From Eledone cirrhosa (Eukaryota), in the NCBI GenBank assembly GCA_964016885.1, contig OZ024742.1, forward strand, positions 215,078,001 to 215,142,000: a stretch of 64,000 nt of DNA. The letters are read 5' to 3'. Positions 52,391 through 64,000 of the stretch are shown piece by piece; position 1 is the stretch's first letter; the number at the start of each line of letters is the position of its first letter. A model generated the notes under the pieces. That model was not told where the DNA came from. It saw only the letters and a program-made list of their open reading frames with translations, and searched no databases. The translations under genes and the position numbers were made by a program.

Positions 52391-53012
52391 TGGGTGCCAA
52401 CTCGTTTTCGAGTACGGCCACTACTTTATATCCATGTAAGAGAACCCCTACTGATACGCTGAACGAGTGTGACGTTTTAGTCCAGCCAGCGACTTGAAAA
52501 CTCTGGTACAAACACTACACTTGTGACAATTATTGACACATAGTGCTGGGCTCATGTTACCATATGACGACAAGTGTAGAGAGATCTATATATATATATA
52601 TATATATATACATACATACATACATGCATACATACATACATACATACATACATACAAAATACGCATACGTACACAAATATTACATACAGACGTACATACA
52701 CACACACACATACACACATATATGCATATATATAGATACAAAAAGCAACAACCTAACATGCATACGCACAGCCATATATATACATACATATACCTACGCA
52801 TATGCCGACATATATACATCTACATATGCATACGTACACGTGCTGCCACATGCATACACCTGCACATATGCATATTTGCCTACACACACATGTGCTTCCA
52901 CATACACAAATATAAACAAAACCGTAAATTAAAAGTTAAAAATACATTATACAATAAAAAGCAATATAACATAAACTAACAGTAAACTACTGTAACATAA
53001 AATATAATATAT

Positions 53013-53047
<35 letters not shown>

Positions 53048-53299
53048 TTAAGGATACTATTTATGGTTATGTATATACCTTTTATAGTTATATATATTTG
53101 AAACCCTAAACAGTGAAAGACTAATTTATTACTACCTTATTACCAGTAAGATAAATAGCTCAATGTAATAACAACAGTTGTTTTACAGAGCAGTTATATA
53201 GTAATTACATGAATCAAAGTTCTGTTCAAATCATTTATTCGCTTACAATTGTTTCTTCCAAACCGAGGTTTGAAGTCTTCGGAGCAATTTTTCAATGAT

Positions 53300-54470
53300 T
53301 GTTTACATATTTGACCTCCTTTTCAACACAAGAGACATACAGAAACATATGTATATATTTATGCAGAGTGGGTTGACATCCATTATAATATTTAAGCATG
53401 GCAGTTTACATTCAAAGATTAAAGTGATATTAAAAGAAAATTACAACAAAATTAAAGTTATAATACACCATTAACAGTTTACGAAGATGATGCAGGAGGA
53501 TAGTTAGAAGTAGTTGCTTACACGTGGGGCATGCACGTGTGTCCTATTTATATAATATTATAGTGTGGTAAGGTGTTATATGGAATATAAGCACTTTAAG
53601 CGGGCAATCAAGAGTATTATGGGGGTTGTATAGTATTTTATATGTATAATATAGAAGCTTGTGTGCAGAGAAATATTTAAAATATTTAAAATATTAAGAA
53701 TGAGAAGCAAAACAGTGTTATGGTTTTTCGTATGCACCACCATTTTCACAATCCAGGAAACGTAATATATAGATTATATGTCCTTCACATAATCTACGAT
53801 GATTCAATATTGGATTTTTGATGAATTAGGTTGAATATTACAGCTTGTTGTTCTTTAATCCAATATTATATAGCAGGTTGTTTTTGTTGCGAGACTTAGC
53901 GATATTGGGCTGCGCTTTCTAGCAATAAGCCTACCCGCCGTAAGCAACTAATCACATCCTTTCTAACTTGACCGGTGCCACGTCACGATTCTTAGCCATT
54001 TTTTAATCTAGTTTTGGCGCGATCACTTTGGAAAATTAAATGTCTAATTTTGAGTTCGCTCCTGATGTGTCCGAAGCTCTGGACATTCCCTGTTATCGGA
54101 TGTCTTAAAATACGGAGGAAACCATGGTAGAGGTGATTAAGGTATGTACGCATTTCTTCTAAGTTTGAATTTACACCTAATTGTGTTTAGTTCACGGTAT
54201 ATCTGGTCGATTTCTACATGCTGTCGAAATGTTGGATAAATACTCTATTGTGGCCACCGCGAAGAGGCTGCTTTCGGTTATTTGTCGAAGATTTCTTCAT
54301 AGGAGCCTTTATTCTTATAGCTTGGTCTAATTGATTTTTTATATTGTTAATTATGCTAATTGGGAGAGGAAATGGTATATATCATATCTAGTGATTCTAA
54401 AGACATGATTTATGATATATTGCTCTGATTATTTAATTTATTAATTCTTTATTGAGCCAAAACTTGACCG
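53300..54470 (-). mobile_element. Highly decayed PLE RT remnant (probably Naiad-like)
   Basis: Only weak broken motifs (RLI.., WIK..) on the minus strand. No intact ORF. Confidence 0.35.
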
Positions 54471-54512
54471 GTTGCAAAACATATACATCTATGACTTTAT
54501 ATATATGTAAAC

Positions 54513-54578
<66 letters not shown>

Positions 54579-54769
54579 ATACTTGGGGAGGGTCATATTT
54601 GTGTAATATTGCCAGAATTAATAACAGAACACACTCACTGTTTGGTTGGTTTTCGCTTCTCGCTCTCTTTTATATCGGTAATCTAACTTACTCGGTCCTC
54701 AATGTTGCCATTGACTGACCGACGGTCAAAAATAATACAGATACAATATAGACACAAACACATATATAT

Positions 54770-54818
54770 AGTTTATCATAAATATTTCGTTGCACATCTG
54801 CAACATCGTCAGAGGTGT
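54770..54818 (-). ncRNA. Partial hammerhead motif in Neptune-like terminal repeat
   Basis: CUGACGA-t-gttgca(gatg)tgcaac-GAAA. Stems I and III not convincingly paired. The sister copy near 57632-57665 has CAGAUGA. Confidence 0.45.
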
Positions 54819-55055
54819 TATATTTTCCTCCTGTTGTGTTGTATGTCTACGCCATTTTTATTCAGTCTGTCTATATATTTATTTATTTATTTGCTTGTTT
54901 GTTTATTTTATTCTGTCTTCTTTGCGCATGCGTTTGCGTGTGTGTATAGTGTTTTGTTTGCTGTGTGATGGGTGGCTAGTGTGTGTTTATGTGCTTGTTG
55001 TTATTGTGCTTGTGTATGTATTTATTTATTTATTTATTTTATTTTATTTACGTGT

Positions 55056-56288
55056 TTATACTTCTCTTAGGTCAGTGTTGTTTGTTTGGGTGTTGTTATT
55101 CCATTCATTCTTTCTGTTTAGCCTTGGTCTTCTAATTTCTATTTCACTGGCCTCTCTGATTTGCCTATCTGCTGGGTCATTTCTATGTTTAGATATTATT
55201 CTAATTTCTATGTTGTCTATGTTACCGTCATGTTGTTGTCTAGCATGTTCGTATAGTACTGACCCGTTTTTTCGTCCTTTTAGTTCCCCCCAGTGCTGGT
55301 CTATCCTTTCACCTATGCTACGAGCTGTCTCACCTATGTATGTTGTTGTCATGTTTCTGCAAGTACCCTCTGTACATCTTATGCTATAGACTACGTTTCT
55401 AGTTTTACAGTTTATCCGGGGGTCAACCTTACATATGATACATTTCCTATTGGTACAGTGGGTTTTCTTAAAAGGGTAGGTTTTGCTGATCAGGGATTCT
55501 ATGATGGTTCCTGGCTTTTCTACCACCTTTATTTTTAAGTGGGCCTTTCTCAGGGCCTTTCTACACTGGTTAGCTAATTTCCCTCCAGGGGTGGCGTCCA
55601 CAAACATGACACTCTGGTATCTTTGTTTGTCGTACCATGAGGTGGCTTTCCCTATCTTATGTCTAGCCCTATCTAAGCTATTCCATGATTTGCTCCTGTA
55701 TAATGGGCAAATTCCTTTCATGTCCAGTTCTATGAGGGTCTTATACTTTTCCATGGCTCCTTCGTATACTCTGACTCTGTCTCTTTGGTTGTAGCCAGAG
55801 AACTGCATGCGGTTGATGAAGTGTTGGATGTGTATTTCCATTTCTGTTGGGTCGCACATGCGGGACACGTTCTTCAGCACTCGTACCAAATCTGCGATCA
55901 GAATATTAAACTTAGCACTACTGGACATTGCTGAGTTTTTGAGTATCAGGTATTTGGAGGCCATGGGTTTAGCATAGTGTGAGTGGAGAATTTGGGCTCT
56001 CTCGTCTATAGTGTTAATCCAGAGTTCTGTGTCTAATACAGGTAGTCTATTGTTAGGGTGTTTGGAAGGGAAGTCGATAGTTACAGTTATACTCTGGTGT
56101 ATGGAATTAGCTATCTGCTGGATGCTTTCCATCGTGCTACGTTCTGAATCAAACTTGTTAGTGCTCTCTAGTGGGGGTGTTCTTATAACTATATTGATAT
56201 CGTCTACATAACGAGAGTACATGATGAGGTTTATGGAGATCTTTAAGTCTCCTTTCCCACCATACCATGAAAAGGTTGGCAACATCAC
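55056..56288 (-). pseudogene. PLE reverse transcriptase C-half / thumb / GIY-YIG endonuclease
   Basis: 410 aa open frame with YVDD catalytic motif and GIY-YIG motifs. Upstream RT part is in other frames. Confidence 0.9.
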
Positions 56289-57377
56289 CAGCTATGCTGA
56301 CGCCGATGGCTGCTCCCTCATTTTGGGTGTAGATTTTCTCGTTGAACTTAAATATGAGGCCCTTTAGGGTAGTTTTGATACTAGCCCCTATTGCATGTGC
56401 GACCATTTTTCTTACCTGATCATTGTTTTGGGGGGTCCGTATAGCTTTGGTCTACCCAATCCACCTTCCCATGGGAGTCTTTTTTGCCATTGAGGTTATG
56501 GTGGGGGGTCTACCTCTTATAGGTCTACTAGGGCAGAAACATCTAAGGTCATGACTGTCTAGGTAGTCAGTGTCGTAGGTAAATCTAAGTAGGAGGCCCA
56601 GTTCGTCTGTGTCGACGTCGCAGAACTCCACCTCACTCTCAATGATCATCTCCACACATCTTTTCACAGCAAAATCAATGTTAATGGATGGGTACAGTGA
56701 CACCACATCCATGCTGCCTATTATGCAGTTGGATAGGCTCCTGTTTTTGTTGCACTCACTGATTCTGCTGAGGAGGTCCTCTATACTGTCACATACATCT
56801 GGGGACATCTTGATTATGGGGCGTATAAACATTGAGAGGAAGTAGGAGATCCTGTAGTTGCTAGCTATATTAGCTCCGCATACGGGTGTTGTTGGTGGTC
56901 CTGTTGTCGGGTTGTCGACTGTCTTGTGGTCTTTGCAGAGCCATTACAAGGGTGGTATGCCATTGTTAGACGCCTGGAAGTTGTTGGCAGTGCGTCTGCT
57001 TGGCTTTAGGATGTCAGTCCACATCATCATGTGAGCGTTGAGGATTTTCTCTCTCCCATCGTGTGTTTGTTGTGCAATTTCGCTCGTGTTGGTGATGTGG
57101 GGTTGCATAGCCTCGATGTAGTTCGGCATGCTATCTATTGACATCCTACCAGACTTATCCGTAGGTAGACATACTACCTCACCATCCCTTGTGCGCTGCT
57201 TGAGGCTAACCAAGCCTTATACAGGTTTCCTCCCAAGTTGTTGGGCCTCTGGTCTGCTCTGTCTCTTAGTATACCTGTCTACTATTTGTCTAATCTTATT
57301 TCTAGCTATGGTGAACTGTGCCTCTGACTCGTCATCTATTTGTTTCGACACACGATTTCATATAAAAAACCTCGCAA

Positions 57378-57433
<56 letters not shown>

Positions 57434-57439
<6 letters not shown>

Positions 57440-57710
57440 ATACTTGGGGAGGGTCAAATTGTTGTAATAATGTTGCCAGAAATAATAACGGATAACACTA
57501 AGGGTTTGGTTGGTTTTCGCTTCTGTATCTTTTATATCTTTTATATCTCCATAGTTAATTCATTTGCCCATTAATGTTTATCACTTACGGTCAAAAATAC
57601 AGATATAAATACATATATATAGTCTAACAAACTTATTTCGTTGCACATCTGCAACATCATCTGTGGTACTATTATGTTTCCTCCTGTTGTATTGTATATC
57701 AACGCTATTT
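57434..57710 (-). repeat. Second copy of Neptune-like terminal repeat (pLTR)
   Basis: Direct, diverged repeat of 54573-54865 (ttgttatacttggggagggtca...tttcgttgcacatctgcaacatc...ttcctcctgttgt). Also abuts (TA)n. Confidence 0.8.
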
Positions 57711-57923
57711 TTTTTTTTAATAATAAATGCGTAGACATTAAATACAACAGTAGGAATCATAATAGTACCACTGATGAAGAATGCCCTGACAAGGGCTAGG
57801 GGTCCTTCCCTCCCAGTAGTTTAACTACGCGATCGGGTATCCAGGCCGACTATTTCTATGTCCCCGCGCAAACAAAATCTCACTTATTGACACTCATAAA
57901 TACGACATACACACGCTACTAGC

Positions 57924-58060
<137 letters not shown>

Positions 58061-58597
58061 ATTACCGTCATTACTGATACAAGATTATGTCAACTGTTGA
58101 CTTTCGAAAGAGTTCGTATAATTGAAGCCGTTCGTGTTACCGTTCAGTATTATTATAATTGCTTTACAGCATACATAGAGCTATGGCCCTCCACCCTCCG
58201 AGCTCAAATCCCGCCGAGGTCAACCCCACGGAGTCAACAAAAGAGACCACCAGCAATGCGGTGGGACAATCGCTGGTTCCGTGCCAAAAGCAGAAAAATT
58301 ATTATTAAAGCTGTTGTTTTCTTAAGGCCCGATCGCTGGTGATGGTGATGGTGATGGCGGCGGCAGATGGTGGCGGTGATGGTGGTGGCAGTTGATGTTG
58401 TTGTTGTAAATGTTGTTCATTTCATTTCGCTCTGAAGATGCCGTTGCTGTAAACATTAGAGCCGGTGAGATTGTTATTGTAGATGTTGGGATTGAAATCT
58501 GGTCGTTGTGACTGAGTGATGTATATATACACACATACATACATATATATATACAATGATATTAAATAAATGGAAACTATATTTATAAAACCATATT

Positions 58598-58658
58598 TAT
58601 TCTATTATATATATATCAAGGGTACCAACACTTTGGTACGCACTCATCAGATAAAATA
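58598..58658 (-). ncRNA. Minimal hammerhead motif (GAAA mutated to GAUA)
   Basis: tattttat-CUGAUGA-gtgcgtaccaa(agtg)ttggtaccctt-GAUA-tatata-UA-atagaata. Confidence 0.6.
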
Positions 58659-59773
58659 CAAAGTTTGTTTTATAAGTATTGACATAACCAGAAAATAAAA
58701 CCTTAAAGATTCAAGTCTTTCCTTGATAGTGAAGGAAAAGAGAAGAAAAGTCAGATATTTTATTAAGATGAGTATGCAAATGAGGTTGAGATATAGGGCT
58801 GAAAATAAATGTTACTTTTAGACGCTATGTAGATTTAAATAATTAAGTTATATGTATGTATGAGTAGAAAGAAGAATAAGAAAGAAAGAAGAGCTAGTGT
58901 TTACGTTAATTTTGAAAGAATTAATAAATTGTAGGAATGGTGGGATATCATTCCAGAATTTAAAACTTATTTAGCTATATTATGAGTTATAATATTGTAT
59001 ATATGATCAATTAGATTATTTGAAGAATACTCCAATAAAATTAAATATGATCAATTAGATTATTTGAAGAATTATGGTTGTAAGTACATTTCATCTTATT
59101 ATATTACAACAGGTTGTAAGTATATAAATATCTATGTAGATTAATAATTGTACTTGTATTACATTTAATTGAAAACTATAGCAATAGTGAAATTAATAGG
59201 AAAAGAAAATCCATAATACAATTTTTCAACAACTACTACTTTAATTTAGAAATCGAGAATAATTACAAAATCTTTAACTTCTTAGATGTAACTTTAAACC
59301 TTAGCACAGCTCTTTACTATCCATTCCATAAAATTAACGAAAATCTAAATTACGTAAGGTTCAATTCCAATTATCATAGAAATATAAAAAATATTATTGT
59401 CAATAGCGTCCAACAACGGATTTCACGCATCTCTGTTAATAAAAATATTTTGGATGATAAGGCTGAATATTACAAAGCAGGATACTCGAATAAAATTAAA
59501 TACATAGATAACAATAACATGACAAATCATCCTAGAATTCCTTATAACAACAATAAACAATTCAACTTAACCAAACAAAAAACTAGAACTAGAAATATTA
59601 TTTGGTACTCTCCCCCATTCTCATTAAGCGTTAAAACACCTTTAGTAAAGCTATTTTTGAAAGCACTAGCTAAATGTTTTCCTAAAGATACCACTCTATT
59701 TTTAACAGACACACTATACAACTATTCTACTCTACTACTATGAACATAGCACACAATATAAATAGAATTAATA

Positions 59774-59960
59774 ATTGTTTCTACTTTAGGCACTAGGCCA
59801 GCAATTTTCCAGTGCATTACTGGCACTTTATTTTATCGACCCCGTAAGGATGAAAGCCAAAGTCAACCTCGGTGGGATTTGAACTCAGATCGTAAAGAGA
59901 CGTAACTATGCTGGAAAGCATGGCGTCCGACCATCTACCGATACTGCCAATCCACCACCC
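59774..59960 (-). mobile_element. tRNA-derived SINE (subfamily A) nested in PLE coding region
   Basis: TSD ataaatagaattaataat at 59758 and 59965. Confidence 0.92.
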
Positions 59961-61628
59961 TATTATAAATAGAATTAATAATAGAAACATAAAGTTAAAC
60001 CCTAAGCAAACAAACGAAGATAGCAATAATAATATTTCTAACAACAATATTCATAATAACAGTACCGTTCCGAATAACAACAACTCCAGAAAATGTAACT
60101 GTAGTATTAAATCAAACTGCCCTTTACAAAATAATTGCTTAAACAAAAACGTAATTTATAAAAGCACAGTTAAAACTAGAGACAAAATATTTAACTATAT
60201 TGGTGCCATTTCTACAAAATTCAAAGTACGCTGGTATAACCAGAAACATACATTTAATAGATCTGATAAAAAATCTTCCACTTCACTTTCACCTTTAATT
60301 TGGAATTTAAAAGACAACAAAATAGACTATTCCAATATCTTGGGGAACGATTTCGAAAGCACCTGCATACCGAAATATGGCTTTATCAAGATTCTGTAAC
60401 TTGTGTATCGATGAGATGTTTTATATAATTAACTGTCAAAACTCTATTAACCTTAAAACAGAATTATTTTCTAGTTGCAGACATCGCCGAAATTCCACTT
60501 TCAGAAGTATTTTTAATTTATGATATTCATTACATTTGACTATATCTTATAAACCTTTAAAATGATCCTATTATTTACTGAGTATTTTCTTTAAACATTT
60601 TTTTTTTTTTTAATGATATTCCTTCTTAATTTTAATATTTCAATATTTTTACCATTTGACATTATTTTCTTAATGATACTCCTCAAAATCTATTTTTTTA
60701 GATGTAGATTGATAATCTATAAATTGACATTCTGAAAGTTATCCTTTTACGATAGTTCTTCGAAATGTACAATACCTTTTTACTCTTCTTTGATCTTCAA
60801 ACTTTCACACATCTTTCGACTAATATAATATATAATTGAAACTCTCATCCTTGAAACATTTATCTCACACGAAATAATATATAATTTTCTCTATATATTT
60901 TCTGAATAAATCATTCATCAAATTTAACGGTTAGCAAACAAGATTGGAGTTATCTTTTCCTTTTCCTTTTCAATCGAACATAAACATTATAATATGTATA
61001 ATAAACTATATAACTTCGCTAAATTAACAATATTCTGAAAACATGTTCAATGTTGGAACAAAATATTTGAATCTACAAATTGTAAAATGAAAAGTCAACT
61101 TCCTTCGTAACTCATATGAGAAATGTAAACAACTAATAATTGTAACTTATTTCTATTTCTATAAAATCACCAATAATACTTATACATGTACAATTATTAA
61201 TCTATATAGATATTTATATACTTACAACCTGTTGTAATATAATAAGATAAAATGTACTTACAGCCATAATTCTTCATATAATCTAATTGATTATATATAT
61301 AATATTATAACTCATAATATAGCTAAATAATTTTTAAATTCTGGAAACATATCCCACCATTCCTACAAATTGTTATTTCTTTTAAAATTAACGTAAACAC
61401 TAGCTCTTCTTTCTTTCTTTTTTCTTCTTCCTACACTTAATTTTTTAAATCTACATAGCGTCTAAAAATAACGTTTTTTTCAGCCCTATACCTCAACATC
61501 ATTTGCATACTCATCTTAATAATTTGGAATATCTGACATTTCTTCTCTTTTCCTTCACTATTCAGGAAAAACTTGAACAGTTAAGGTATTTTTTTCTGGT
61601 TATGTCAATATTTATAAAACAAACTTTA

Positions 61629-61694
61629 TATTTTATCTGATGAGAGCGTACCAAAGTGTTGGTACACTTGAAATATATAAAGTATAATAGAATA
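61629..61694 (+). ncRNA. Minimal hammerhead motif in PLE sense orientation
   Basis: tattttat-CUGAUGA-gagcgtaccaa(agtg)ttggtacactt-GAAA-tatataaagta-UA-atagaata. Confidence 0.72.
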
Positions 61695-61817
61695 AATATG
61701 GTTTTATAAATATAGTCTCCATTTATTTAATATTATTGAATATACCTGTAGACTGCTTTGAATCAGTTATAAACATTTATATTTGTTGAATTAACAACAA
61801 ATTGATATCCCTTTTGC

Positions 61818-61906
<89 letters not shown>

Positions 61907-61919
61907 TAGAAGGGGTATT

Positions 61920-62132
61920 TAATTTGTTGGAAGTCCGACAAATATAAATGTTTATAACTGATTTAGAGCACTCAACAGTTTACTGGAGTGAATATTCAAT
62001 GATATTAAATAAATGGAAACTATATTTATGAAACCATATTTATTTTATTATGTATATTTCAAGGGTACCAAGACACATTGGTACGCTTTCATCAGATAAA
62101 ATACAAAGTTTGTTTTATAAATATAGACATAC
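61920..62132 (-). repeat. Third, inverted copy of the same PLE terminal repeat
   Basis: Reverse complement of about 61600-61802, separated from it by (CA)n(TA)n. Confidence 0.8.
62041..62103 (-). ncRNA. Minimal hammerhead motif
   Basis: tattttat-CUGAUGA-aagcgtaccaa(tgtgtc)ttggtaccctt-GAAA-tataca-UA-ataaaata. Perfect 8 bp stem I. Confidence 0.75.
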
Positions 62133-62718
62133 CCACGAAAATCATACATTATCGGTATGATTTTCATGGTTTTGGGTTAGAACGAAAGCCTGTTGAGAAA
62201 GTAAATTCCTCTGTTCGATCTTCCAGAAACCTATCTTGTAGATACCACAAGCGGATTTTGTTTATTTCGGATTTACAGAAACCTCACTTGCATATTCAGT
62301 AATTTCAAAGTTACGGAACAGGTATGTTTTATATACAGATATGTGCATATATGTATGTATGTATATTTTTATATGTATATATATGTGTGCGTATGTATGT
62401 GTGTGTGTGTGTATTTCCTTTTCTCACTAATCGGTTCTTTAGTTGCTACAGATCACGCGGCTGAATTAGCGGTCGCTATTTTCAATTTGCAAAGCCCTTT
62501 AAACTGTATGTTATTACTTTGAGGTTTATTCCTCGTCGAGTGCTTGGCTCCACTGCTGAAGGCATTCATTGGCCTGGCTGCTGATCGAACTTCGAATATG
62601 CTGTACTATTGTATTACTCTGAGGTCCTATCTTATCGAGTACTTTGCTAACTCATCATTTCATATAAGTAGGCCGAATTTACTTGCAAACCGCCAGAGAT
62701 TCGATTTTACTGATTTCC

Positions 62719-63005
<287 letters not shown>

Positions 63006-64000
63006 GTCAGGTCAGTGACTTTAGTGTACAAGGATAATGACATGTGTAAATGTAAATGTGGATGTAGGGAGAGAGTGTAGACGTTATTGTGGTGGTTTGG
63101 CAGTGAAATATATCTAGTTTATCTGTCCGTTTTCTTCTCTTTGCAAAATTTGAATGTTAGCCATGTTATATTGAGATGTAAGTAAATGTAAAATGTAAAA
63201 TGTAAATAAAGATTGCTCTGGCAAAATGTATGAAAATATTTGTGTAACTTCCACAACTACTGTCATGATATTCCCGAGTCCAGTGAGCAAACATTTCTGG
63301 TATTTTGATGTTTCAGAATACACAAATTAATTAAAAACTTACCCCACGAAAAGACAGCGTGTGTTGTCCGATCTATCACATAACTCCATACACACATAGA
63401 TAGGCATATATACATACATACATACATACATACATACATACATACATACACATCTACACATATGTATGCATACACATATACACACATGTATACGCACACA
63501 CATATAAACATACATTATTACATACACACACATACACCTAAACATACATATACATCCATGCATATATTCCATAACCACGCGTTCCTTAGCGTGTTTCTCA
63601 CGGAGATTCAGTGTGCTACAGTTTCGGATAAAACAGGTACAACTGTGGGGAAAAGTGAAATAATCACGATCATGAGTAGAATAACCAAGTCACCAAACTA
63701 CGTGTCACCACACATATAAACATACATGCGCATATGTATGTCCATACAAAGATTTATGCACATACGTGTGCACACATACTCATATATGCATTTACTTACA
63801 TTCATCCACACACATAGATATATACATACATATATGCAAAAGTAAATGTATACACACATCTTAACCATATGGATATACATATGCATATTGGAAAATGTGT
63901 GAAATCAATGGAACAGTTAGGTATATTTGAAAAAAGGAAGAGAATGACTTCACTTCTAGTTCTAAACAATTTAATTTTATAATATTTCAATTTTAAAAAT

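Larger units (their letters stand above)
54573..57350 (-). mobile_element. Penelope-like element, Neptune-like (RT + GIY-YIG), few frameshifts
   Basis: ORFs 56944-57213 (PTDKSGR), 56452-56832 (GSMDVVSLYPSI), 56158-56406 (YTQNEGAAIG), 55056-56288 (YSRYVDD, LPVLD, HYAKPMAS, C-x4-C-x2-C linker, NVVYSIRC..YIGETARSIGERIDQH, RQIREA, LNRKNEW). Terminal repeat 54573-54865 abuts (TA)n. Confidence 0.9.
58555..61800 (+). mobile_element. Naiad-like PLE with inverted terminal repeats
   Basis: 59250-60500: NFLDVTLNL..YYPFHK, RNIIWYSPPFS, KCNCSIKSNCPL..VIYK..YIG..FKVRWYNQKHTF, CNLCIDE, SSCRHR. 58555-59165 is an inverted copy of 61180-61740. Confidence 0.85.

Noticed and set aside
54790-55794. Hydrophobic plus-strand ORFs (199, 81, 103 aa)
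   Set aside because: Antisense shadows of the PLE ORF and its low-complexity 3' region.
57771-57802. ctgatga followed by a gccct/agggc hairpin
   Set aside because: No downstream GAAA or stems I/III, so not a hammerhead as it stands.
62550-62580. Minus-strand RPMNAF, resembling an HMG-box start
   Set aside because: Followed by SSGAKH rather than HMG residues, and no supporting exon structure. The region more likely is a decayed PLE RT remnant.
63335-63395. Minus-strand GG|GTAAGT donor-like site
   Set aside because: No acceptor or partner exon visible; the upstream sequence is microsatellite.

Overview
AT-rich, repeat-saturated animal genomic DNA. The tRNA-derived SINE family and the dense (TA)n/(CA)n/(GA)n microsatellites suggest an octopod cephalopod (inference). 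I found no host protein-coding gene; most listed ORFs are microsatellite read-throughs. The window is a nest of mobile elements: one full-length but decayed autonomous Helitron (19154-24943); several non-autonomous or partial Helitrons; at least 7 Penelope-like element (PLE) remnants (Naiad-like, Neptune-like, Poseidon/Penelope-like); two R4/Dong-type fragments; one CRE-like and one RTE-like non-LTR fragment; about 13 SINE copies; and hAT and Tc1-like MITEs. The most interesting hidden layer is RNA structure. About 10 type I hammerhead-ribozyme motifs, in about 4 architectures, sit in PLE terminal repeats. They include U3-A8 core variants and a long-stem-II family with compensatory changes. 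Fold-back (palindromic) junctions recur in or next to these motifs. All coordinates and identities were read by eye and are approximate unless stated as exact. Clade names come from remembered motifs, not database searches.
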